The notes under the pieces were generated by a model. That model ran no database searches. It was not told the origin of the DNA and saw only the letters and a program-made list of their open reading frames with translations. Made by a program: the position numbers and the translations under genes. DNA of 32,000 bases from Candidatus Saccharimonadota bacterium (GTDB lineage: Archaea; Micrarchaeota; Micrarchaeia; Micrarchaeales; Micrarchaeaceae), in contig NZ_CP019964.1 in assembly GCF_002214165.1 (NCBI RefSeq), positions 480,001 through 512,000 of the forward strand, read 5' to 3'. This document shows positions 16,189-23,421 of this stretch, piece after piece (position 1 is the first letter of the stretch; the number at the start of each line of letters is the position of its first letter).

Positions 16189-17433
16189 ATGCCGACTAAG
16201 GCTGTTGATCTTGATAAGGATAAAAAGGTGGATTATTTAAAGGAAGACAAGGCGGATAGAGCCTTGGAAAAGGAGCCAAAGGTCAGGTTCAATGAAAAGG
16301 ACATAGAGCAGTTCAAGTCATTTATAAAAGACCTTTACAAGGCAGATCTTGATGGTTTTGCTGGGATAATAAATTCTTATTACAAGGATTTCAGGCCCCC
16401 AGAACTTTATTTTGATTTTGACAGTTCTTACAAGACTGGATTCAAGCTTATTGATGAATCTAAGATCAATTCGGTGGTACTGGCCGCATATGACAGGGGA
16501 TTAAATAAGATAATAATAAAGAGGGAGCTTCTGGATCTCTATAAGAAAGGCGAAGATAATGTTGATTCGATTGACCATGCACTGGCACATGAGCTCGGGC
16601 ATTCTATAGCAATGCAGTCAGACATTACCAAAAACGGGGTTTACAATAGCAAAAAAAGCATTTATGGGACGGTAACGGATGAACTGCTCGCCAACCTGTT
16701 TGCGGCAGAACTGATGATTGTCAAGCAGGGGCTGCCGATTTCCAATGAATCCGTGGCGAGGCAGCTGATTAAGGACAATGTTGACATAGAGTTCTTTTCA
16801 AAAGACATAGATGCTGCTAAGATATACCTAAAGGAACTTGATAATTATTCCACAAATGTTGTACCAAGCATCAAACGCATTTCAGATACGGTTCATGCCA
16901 AGATAATCGATTTTTCAAATAGGGGCTTAAAGTCTTTAAACTACGAAACCGTTGTAAAAATCAACAATGTCTACTTTGATGAAGTGAAAAAGCAGTTGAA
17001 TGATTATCTGATAAATGCGCTGGCCAACTATTCGATTCATGTGTACAGTGCACCATTGCTTGGCGCTTCTAGGGCGCTATTGAGCAAAAGGATGAGTGTC
17101 GGGCAACTGATAAATGCTGTATCTGATGATATATCATCTGTGAAGGAGATCCGTAGGTATCTTAAGGGTTCGTTCGCCTCAGTGAACCTTAAGATGTTGT
17201 CCGCGATAGAATCAGATTTAATTGAGATAACATCCGAACAGCCGGTTATAGAGGCGGTTAATGATCAGGATAAAATTTCTAATTACGCAGAGGTATTCTT
17301 GAAGGTAGCAGACAGAGTTGAGGATGAATTCAAGAACATGAACAGGCATTTGGAGATGGAAATAGAGAGCGAGAAAAGGCTTTTGAAGGATTTCTCAAAG
17401 TTTAAGAGAAAATTCGACAGAGGTACAAAATAA
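16189..17433 (+). CDS. uncharacterised cytoplasmic protein with a single HExxH zincin-like motif (paralogue 2)
   Basis: NKIIIKRELL...SIDHALAHELGHSI. The start is moved to ATG 16189 because MPTKAVDLDK aligns with MAYKIKDLNN of paralogue 1, and the track start (TTG 16141) would place the shared promoter motif inside the ORF. Confidence 0.8.
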   Translation: MPTKAVDLDKDKKVDYLKEDKADRALEKEPKVRFNEKDIEQFKSFIKDLYKADLDGFAGIINSYYKDFRPPELYFDFDSSYKTGFKLIDESKINSVVLAAYDRGLNKIIIKRELLDLYKKGEDNVDSIDHALAHELGHSIAMQSDITKNGVYNSKKSIYGTVTDELLANLFAAELMIVKQGLPISNESVARQLIKDNVDIEFFSKDIDAAKIYLKELDNYSTNVVPSIKRISDTVHAKIIDFSNRGLKSLNYETVVKINNVYFDEVKKQLNDYLINALANYSIHVYSAPLLGASRALLSKRMSVGQLINAVSDDISSVKEIRRYLKGSFASVNLKMLSAIESDLIEITSEQPVIEAVNDQDKISNYAEVFLKVADRVEDEFKNMNRHLEMEIESEKRLLKDFSKFKRKFDRGTK

Positions 17434-17504
17434 GCGTGGTATTGCCAAAATTGTTGGGTTCGGCAAACGCCCAAAGTTTTACCAATTACCTAATCCTTTT
17501 CCTG

Positions 17505-18494
17505 TCAATCTTTCCTATTTTCGAAAAAGTACATTGACAGGCTGAGTATAGAAGTGGCCGTTACCGATAGAAGAAGCAGGCTGAATCCAAAGGATGTTCC
17601 AAACGCTGAATAAGTATTAGGGGCTCCAAATCCAAACAGGTAATTGAATCCATAGGACAATGACCCGGATACCTGTGTCAATGGCAGCCCGAGAATAGCA
17701 TCAAGAAACATTGCAAGCACGAACAACGCCGACAGTGCTCCCAATACAAGCAGCGCATTCCTGCGCATCTTCCTGTTGCCGTAAATTAGATATGAAAGAA
17801 TTATTGTAAGTATGAAGAAAACTATAAGTATGTCGTAGTGAAGCATGCCGGAAACCCTGAGCAATGTGTCAAATACCAACAGGTATGCGGCGGCAATCAG
17901 GCTCAGCAGTATTGAACCGCCCATTGCATATCCTGCTGCCTTGACGAACTTTGCTTTCATTGAAAGGGACAGCCCTGAAAGCGCTATTATCAATACCAGG
18001 AATAAAATGCCGACATAAGCGAAATAATTCTTTGGCTTTGAGGTGCTTGTGACCGGAGGCGTAACGGTTCTGGAAACGTTTGTTGAATTTGAGGCTTTTG
18101 TCGAATTCAATACATTCACGACCAGCACCACAGGAGAAACGGATGGGTCATCTCCGACCGCGGAGATATTGAACTTGTATTTCCCGCTTGGAGCCCCATT
18201 TGCAACGCTTATTGAAAGCGTGCCGTTATATGTAGGATCGCTGTTTGATACGCTCGGAGAAAATGTGATGTATTTGCTTGAAGGGCTTTCCGCAAGCGAC
18301 GTCCCCCAGTAGCTTCCGCTGAATAGTGAAATTGTGAATCCGATATTGGCAGAGCCACCCTGTGAGACATTCACCGAGTATTGGGTAAGTGAAACCTTTG
18401 AAGTCCCGTAGCCTGCCGCATATACAAAGTTGAATAAGAATAGGGCTGAAATAAGAAAAACAGTGGTAGCCAAAATAATCGGTTTAGCATGCAT
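17505..18494 (-). CDS. membrane glycoprotein: signal peptide, beta-rich ectodomain, S/T/P linker, polytopic C-terminal half
   Basis: N-terminal hydrophobic segment IILATTVFLISALFLFNFVYA. Six N-x-S/T sequons in the first 150 aa or so (NVS, NGT, NIS, NST, NST, NVS). TPPVTSTSKPK linker, then several hydrophobic helices. Confidence 0.75.
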   Translation of the reverse strand: MHAKPIILATTVFLISALFLFNFVYAAGYGTSKVSLTQYSVNVSQGGSANIGFTISLFSGSYWGTSLAESPSSKYITFSPSVSNSDPTYNGTLSISVANGAPSGKYKFNISAVGDDPSVSPVVLVVNVLNSTKASNSTNVSRTVTPPVTSTSKPKNYFAYVGILFLVLIIALSGLSLSMKAKFVKAAGYAMGGSILLSLIAAAYLLVFDTLLRVSGMLHYDILIVFFILTIILSYLIYGNRKMRRNALLVLGALSALFVLAMFLDAILGLPLTQVSGSLSYGFNYLFGFGAPNTYSAFGTSFGFSLLLLSVTATSILSLSMYFFENRKD

Positions 18495-18538
18495 AATAGC
18501 AATCCACTGTAAAGTTATTTAAAACTTTTGATGCAGAT

Positions 18539-18946
18539 TCAGACGTCCTTTACATCGCTTGAATGCATTGGTATCATTACCTGTGGGTCGTCTCCCCTGC
18601 TGCCAAAGCCATTATCAACGTGCTTTACTGCTGTGCCTATTGCGGTAACCTCCATCCATTCCCCATTGTGCATGTAGTTGATATTTAGCTTTACCGCTAT
18701 AACTCCATCCGCTCCAAGCTTGTTCGCTTCATCAAGCATCCTGTTCAATGCCATCATCCTTGCGTTGTAGAGAAGCTCTGTTATCTGAGGTATTTCCCCT
18801 TTTCCCATACCTTTTATCCCTGTCATCATCCCCCCTACAACACCCATGCTGTATACGGAATTTCCTACGACGAGGCCAAGAGGCATGTAGCCCTGCTTCC
18901 TAAGAAGCCAAAAGTCACTAGTCGACAGATCGCTTGTAAAAGCCAT
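18539..18946 (-). CDS. YbjQ/UPF0145 family protein
   Basis: ARMMALNRMLDEANKLGADGVIAVKLN...VTAIGTAVK parallels E. coli YbjQ ([27 protein letters not shown]...VSGTAVK as I recall it). Confidence 0.75.
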   Translation of the reverse strand: MAFTSDLSTSDFWLLRKQGYMPLGLVVGNSVYSMGVVGGMMTGIKGMGKGEIPQITELLYNARMMALNRMLDEANKLGADGVIAVKLNINYMHNGEWMEVTAIGTAVKHVDNGFGSRGDDPQVMIPMHSSDVKDV

Positions 18947-19034
18947 TTTATCACATTTATATTATGCAATCAAACATTAAATAGGTTTTGATTGGTTGTC
19001 AAAACTGTAAAAATACGGCAAAAGAAGAAGGACA

Positions 19035-19748
19035 TCAGGAATTCGTCAGGTTTGGGTTGTTCAGGTCTCTCTCATATACAAGGTATTTCTTGAATTCCTC
19101 CGCCTGCTCCTTTGTCATATGGGGGAATGCACGGATTAGCGACTGCCCTCCATAGGCCTGCCCTGAGGAGGACATGTATCCAGTAAATGCAATTGGATGG
19201 GCTATGACAGTCCATCCCTCCTGGAACATTTTTGAAAGATGGAGATCTCTTATCTCTACCTCGGAAACCGTGTCAAGTGGCATTACATCCAATGCCTGGC
19301 TGATCACTGTCGTTATCCCAACCTGCCTTATAAGGCGCTTTGTTGTTATCCAATAATTCTGGTACTGGTATCCAAACAGCGCAGACTTTTTTGTAAAGTA
19401 AGCTGCTAAGAATTCTATCAAAAGCATTATGATTATTACTGCAATGCTGTATATTGCCGCATTCACAAGCCCTATCAAACTTTCAATAATAAAGAATATG
19501 AAACCTATTATAAGCAAGGCCAGGATCAAAAGCGCTATACCTACAACATATTTGACACTGCTAGTCAGATTGTGCACGTATATGTCCTTGTCGGGCTTCG
19601 CATAATATATTATTTTCTCTCCTTTATCAAGCGTGAACGGAAGGTCCGCGGAAGGAGGAATCTCCTTTATCACGATGCCTTCGCCAGGGCTGGAGGCGGC
19701 TGCATTTTGCGCGTTGGTTGAATTATCATGTTCCTTCGAAAGCTCCAT
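19035..19748 (-). CDS. membrane protein, two long TM helices followed by a possible bacterial-PH (YdbS/YdbT-like) domain
   Basis: Hydrophobic stretch VVGIALLILALLIIGFIFFIIESLIGLVNAAIYSIAVIIIMLLIEFLAAYF, then YWITTKRLIRQVG...MPLDTVSEVEI, reminiscent of bPH_2. The family call is weak. Confidence 0.55.
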   Translation of the reverse strand: MELSKEHDNSTNAQNAAASSPGEGIVIKEIPPSADLPFTLDKGEKIIYYAKPDKDIYVHNLTSSVKYVVGIALLILALLIIGFIFFIIESLIGLVNAAIYSIAVIIIMLLIEFLAAYFTKKSALFGYQYQNYWITTKRLIRQVGITTVISQALDVMPLDTVSEVEIRDLHLSKMFQEGWTVIAHPIAFTGYMSSSGQAYGGQSLIRAFPHMTKEQAEEFKKYLVYERDLNNPNLTNS

Positions 19749-19794
19749 ATTAAAACCAAATTTACATTAGATTTTGGACGGAAATATCTAAATA

Positions 19795-20433
19795 TTAGTA
19801 CAGTTTCTGTACTCCCATCCCTCCCTTGTCCAACACCGAATTTATGCCTTTCTTGTAAGCGGTATGTATAAGGACGTACGCCAAGATCAATGCCGCGATT
19901 ATTATCTCGTAGAAACCCGCGGACCTGCTCCTGCCGTTCCTGACAACCCTAAGAGCGCCCTTGAAACCTGATGCGTACATCGATATATCGAACAGTATTA
20001 TAATGACATTGAATATTGATATGGCTATTGATCCAAGGCTCCTCCTATGAACGGCGACAAGTATTGACTGCACTGTTACAAGCACCCCAAAGGATATTAT
20101 CATGAGCCCAAATACAAGGAAGCTGAAGTTCAATGTATAAACCAGAAGGCTTGCTCCTATATAGCCTATCGCATAAAGTATCAATGACAGTATTATTACC
20201 AATACATATGTCATTCCAAAGAAAGCTATGCCAACTCCTGCATATACGAAGAGCACTTTGGTGAACATGCTTGCGAACGTCTGCTTCTTCTCAAGCATGC
20301 CTTTGTTAACGCCGCTTGCATACGCGTCCCAGAGCGATATTACAAAGTCGAATATAAGGAATATCGCTATAATTATATATCCAAGCATTAGGATTACCAA
20401 ATCGCAGTTTACCTTGTATTTATTTCCACTCAC
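19795..20433 (-). CDS. polytopic membrane protein, unknown family
   Basis: 212-aa ORF that is largely hydrophobic, with about 5-6 helices. GTG start at 20433; an alternative ATG is 45 nt downstream. Confidence 0.65.
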   Translation of the reverse strand: MSGNKYKVNCDLVILMLGYIIIAIFLIFDFVISLWDAYASGVNKGMLEKKQTFASMFTKVLFVYAGVGIAFFGMTYVLVIILSLILYAIGYIGASLLVYTLNFSFLVFGLMIISFGVLVTVQSILVAVHRRSLGSIAISIFNVIIILFDISMYASGFKGALRVVRNGRSRSAGFYEIIIAALILAYVLIHTAYKKGINSVLDKGGMGVQKLY

Positions 20434-20459
20434 ATCTTTTTATTTGTTTGGCTGTGCCC

Positions 20460-21650
20460 TCATGCTTTCAATAGGGGTATCTCCATCTCCTCCTTTGAAA
20501 GCCCTCCGTGATGGCCCGAGGAGCCAGAAACCCACTCCTTTCCTCCGGGGTACTCTCTGCCACCGGGATATTTGTAATAAAATATGTTTTTTCCTTTTGG
20601 TATGGCCATGTGCGTGCCGAAGCGGTATCTCAGCGAGTCGCTCACCTTCGTGCTACCGAACAAGCCGGATTTTATCGCTTCGCTGGAATCGTAAAGGATG
20701 AAGTTCTTCCCGAACTCCTTCTCAAACCCTTTTTCGAATTTCTCTCCCATGCCTTCGGCCGCATCGAAGAATATGCTCCTGTCGGTTCCCCATGGAGGGC
20801 TCCTTAGGTACTTCAGTATATTGGTTTTTGCGTCAAACCTGTTTATGTCCTCGTGCCTTGATGAAACCTGCCCGTGGTCGGATGATATGAGCAGTTCCCA
20901 TCCGTTGTCCTTGAGCTTTGGGAGCAGCTTCTCCATTATCATCTCCATGATGAATGTTGTTATGCTAAGTACGCGCCTTGAGTCCTTTGTATATTCATGC
21001 TGCGCATGGTCTATGTCAGGGATGTAGGTGTATGCCAGGTTGTACTGGTCCGATTCAGCGATGTCTATCGACTGGTAAAGGAGGTCATCAAATGATATGT
21101 AGTCCGTGTAGTTTATCTTGCTGTATAAGTATGTCTGCGAGTTCTTGTTCGTGACACGCTCAAACTGCATGTATATGAAATCCCCCCTGCTGCCCATTCT
21201 AAGGAGTGTATCCAAGTTGGGGAAAAGAGGTTCTGCCTCGGATTTCCCTGAGACCTCTTCAACCGATGGGCTCCATGGAAGCGTTAGTATGTCCTTCATC
21301 ATCCCGTACTCCCTTATCGGAATGGGGCTTCCGATTATACCGTGCTCCGCGGGCGTCTTGCCTGAGTCTATGCTCGTGAACACTGTAGGGGTGAAAGAAG
21401 GGAATACGGTGCTTATCTTGCCCATCTGCATTTCGGAGGGCAGTCTCTTTAGCTGCCTGCTGTTCGATATCGCGGATTTCAGCAGGTCATATCCAAACCC
21501 GTCGATGAAGAGAAGGAACCTCCGCTTTCTCTTCCCTCCTATCATCTTTCCATGGCCATCGGCCACTTCCTTCGCAAGCTCCATGCTGCTGTTTTTATAA
21601 TCTGGAAAAATAAACCCGTTATCAATTAGATCGGACTTTATGCTGTGCAT
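20460..21650 (-). CDS. alkaline-phosphatase-superfamily enzyme, nucleotide pyrophosphatase/phosphodiesterase (NPP)-like, copy 1
   Basis: FPSFTPTVFTSIDSGKTPAEHGIIG parallels the NPP nucleophile motif ([23 protein letters not shown]). Metal-ligand-like blocks: FIDGFGYD, DIDHAQHE, SSDHGQ, GHHGG. Confidence 0.8.
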   Translation of the reverse strand: MHSIKSDLIDNGFIFPDYKNSSMELAKEVADGHGKMIGGKRKRRFLLFIDGFGYDLLKSAISNSRQLKRLPSEMQMGKISTVFPSFTPTVFTSIDSGKTPAEHGIIGSPIPIREYGMMKDILTLPWSPSVEEVSGKSEAEPLFPNLDTLLRMGSRGDFIYMQFERVTNKNSQTYLYSKINYTDYISFDDLLYQSIDIAESDQYNLAYTYIPDIDHAQHEYTKDSRRVLSITTFIMEMIMEKLLPKLKDNGWELLISSDHGQVSSRHEDINRFDAKTNILKYLRSPPWGTDRSIFFDAAEGMGEKFEKGFEKEFGKNFILYDSSEAIKSGLFGSTKVSDSLRYRFGTHMAIPKGKNIFYYKYPGGREYPGGKEWVSGSSGHHGGLSKEEMEIPLLKA

Positions 21651-21670
21651 GATACCGGTATATTGTCATC

Positions 21671-21685
21671 ATAAAAATATAAAAA
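21671..21685 (-). promoter_or_regulatory. TATA-like box upstream of NPP-like copy 1
   Basis: On the minus strand, TTTTTATATTTTTAT lies 21-35 nt upstream of ATG 21650. It is part of the 63-nt block duplicated at 23028-23042. Confidence 0.45.
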
Positions 21686-21834
21686 TCTTGGGAATTTACC
21701 GAAGGTGTTCATTCGAGCAAAACCTCTTTATTCCAATCTGGAGATTCGTAAATGATGCACAGGCAGCTTTCTTAGGGCGTGTAGAATTTTGCATCAATGC
21801 TTTTCCGCAAAGCCCTATCCATCCGGATGTGCCC

Positions 21835-23007
21835 TCATGCTTTCAATAGGGGTATCTCCATCTCCTCCTTTGAAAGCCCTCCATGATGGCCTGACAACTC
21901 TGAAGTCCACTCCTTTCCTCCAGGGTACCTGTAATGGAAGAGCTTGTTATGCTTTGATATCGCTATATGGGTTGCGAAGCGGTATCTCAGCGAGTCGCTC
22001 ACCTTCGTGCTTCCAAACAGGCCGGATTTTATCGCTTCGCTGGAATCGTAAAGGACGAAGCTCTTGCTGAAATTCCTGCTGAACTCCTTTTCGAACTTCT
22101 CGCTCAACCCTTCGACGGTATCGAAGAACATTACTCTGTCGGTTCCCCATGGAGGGCTCCTGAGATACTTCAATACCTCGCTCTTTGCATTAAGATCTAT
22201 TATGTCATCGTTCTTTGATGAAACCTGCCCGTGGTCTGATGACATGAGCAGCTCCCATCCGTTGTCCTTGAGCTTTGGGAGCAGCTTCTCCATCAGCCTC
22301 TCCAGCATCATTGTGGTTATCCCAAGCCCAAGCCGTGAGCTCTTTGCATACTGGTGCTGCGCATGGTCTATTTCAGGGATGTAGGCGTATATAGTGTTGT
22401 ACTGGTCCGATTCCGCAAGATCCATTGACTGGAAAAGGAAATCGTCAAATGAGATGTAGCCTGTATAATTGATATTGTTGTACACATAGGTCTGGGCATT
22501 CTTCCTTGCAACCTGCTCGGACTGAAGGTAGAGGAAATCCTTTTTCCTGCCTGCCTTCAGCAAATTATCGGAGATCGGGAATGGTGATATTGTTTCGGAT
22601 TTCCCTGAGACTTCGTCAACCGATGGGCTCCAAGGGATCGAAAACATGTCCTTCATCATCCCATATTCTCTTATCGGGATAGGGCTTCCTATTATACCGT
22701 GCTCCGCGGGCGTCTTGCCTGAGTCTATGCTCGTGAACACTGTAGGGGTGAAAGAAGGGAATACTGTGCTTATCTTATCGACTTGCATTTTTGATGAAAT
22801 CCCTTTCAGCTGCCTGCTGTTCGATATCGCTGACTTCAGTAAGTCATACCCCAAGCCGTCGATGAATAACAGGAATCTTCTTTTCCTCTTCCCTCCTATA
22901 AGCTTTCCGTGGCCATCTGCCACTTCCTTCGCAAGCTCCATGTTGCTGCTTCCATAATCAGGGAACGCAAACCCTTTTTCAATCAGATCGGACTTTATGC
23001 TGTGCAT
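21835..23007 (-). CDS. alkaline-phosphatase-superfamily enzyme, NPP-like, copy 2
   Basis: Same motif set as copy 1 and identical N-terminus MHSIKSDLI and C-terminus GHHGGLSKEEMEIPLLKA. By eye, about three quarters of residues are identical. Confidence 0.8.
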   Translation of the reverse strand: MHSIKSDLIEKGFAFPDYGSSNMELAKEVADGHGKLIGGKRKRRFLLFIDGLGYDLLKSAISNSRQLKGISSKMQVDKISTVFPSFTPTVFTSIDSGKTPAEHGIIGSPIPIREYGMMKDMFSIPWSPSVDEVSGKSETISPFPISDNLLKAGRKKDFLYLQSEQVARKNAQTYVYNNINYTGYISFDDFLFQSMDLAESDQYNTIYAYIPEIDHAQHQYAKSSRLGLGITTMMLERLMEKLLPKLKDNGWELLMSSDHGQVSSKNDDIIDLNAKSEVLKYLRSPPWGTDRVMFFDTVEGLSEKFEKEFSRNFSKSFVLYDSSEAIKSGLFGSTKVSDSLRYRFATHIAISKHNKLFHYRYPGGKEWTSELSGHHGGLSKEEMEIPLLKA

Positions 23008-23027
23008 GATACCGGTATATTGTCATC

Positions 23028-23042
23028 ATAAAAATATAAAAA
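23028..23042 (-). promoter_or_regulatory. TATA-like box upstream of NPP-like copy 2
   Basis: Identical duplicated sequence, at the same distance from ATG 23007. Confidence 0.45.
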
Positions 23043-23093
23043 TCTTGATAACGCTTATTACATATCTTCGTTTGCAATCGCTTTTGTGGTTTT

Positions 23094-23399
23094 ATGGATT
23101 CGAAAAAAAGGGCAGAGGGCTCGGGCAAAATGGGCTTTATGGCCGCATCTATAATAATATTATTGGGAAGCGTCATAGGCTACTATATACTTTACGCTCC
23201 GGCAATAGCCTTTGGTCTTATTTACCTTGGGATTGCGATAGGGATAATCTTATTCCTGATATCATTGGGCATGCTCAAGAGCGTGAGGACGCTGAACACA
23301 TTCGCCTACATATTCTTTGCGGTATGCTGCATCTTCCTCCCTTTCATAGGAGGTGTAATAGGATACGCATTTATGAGAAAGAATAAGATAGCGAGATAA
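23094..23399 (+). CDS. small membrane protein (about 3 TM helices)
   Basis: 101 aa. Hydrophobic segments MAASIIILLGSVIGYYILY, FGLIYLGIAIGIILFLISLGML and YIFFAVCCIFLPFIGGVIGYAF. Confidence 0.55.
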   Translation: MDSKKRAEGSGKMGFMAASIIILLGSVIGYYILYAPAIAFGLIYLGIAIGIILFLISLGMLKSVRTLNTFAYIFFAVCCIFLPFIGGVIGYAFMRKNKIAR

Positions 23400-23421
23400 G
23401 AAAAATAAAAATCAGGGAGCT

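Larger units (their letters stand above)
20453..21690 (-). repeat. tandem duplication unit 1 (gene plus promoter)
   Basis: The unit ends are identical to unit 2: 55 nt at 20453-20507 = 21828-21882, and 63 nt at 21628-21690 = 22985-23047. Confidence 0.85.
21828..23047 (-). repeat. tandem duplication unit 2 (gene plus promoter)
   Basis: See unit 1. The units are separated by a 137-nt unique spacer (21691-21827). Confidence 0.85.

Noticed and set aside
21691-21827. The unique 137-nt spacer between the duplicated NPP units, examined for a small RNA (C/D-box sRNA or tRNA-like).
   Set aside because: I found only an imperfect C-box-like TGATGC and no properly spaced CTGA D box. There is no terminal stem or cloverleaf. 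It may simply be a remnant of the original intergenic region.
20460-23007. Reading the alkaline-phosphatase-fold pair as PglZ-type (BREX-like) defence components.
   Set aside because: The proteins are only about 390 aa and have an NPP-type Thr nucleophile motif. No methyltransferase, ATPase or protease partners typical of BREX lie adjacent. An NPP-like metabolic enzyme is the simpler reading.
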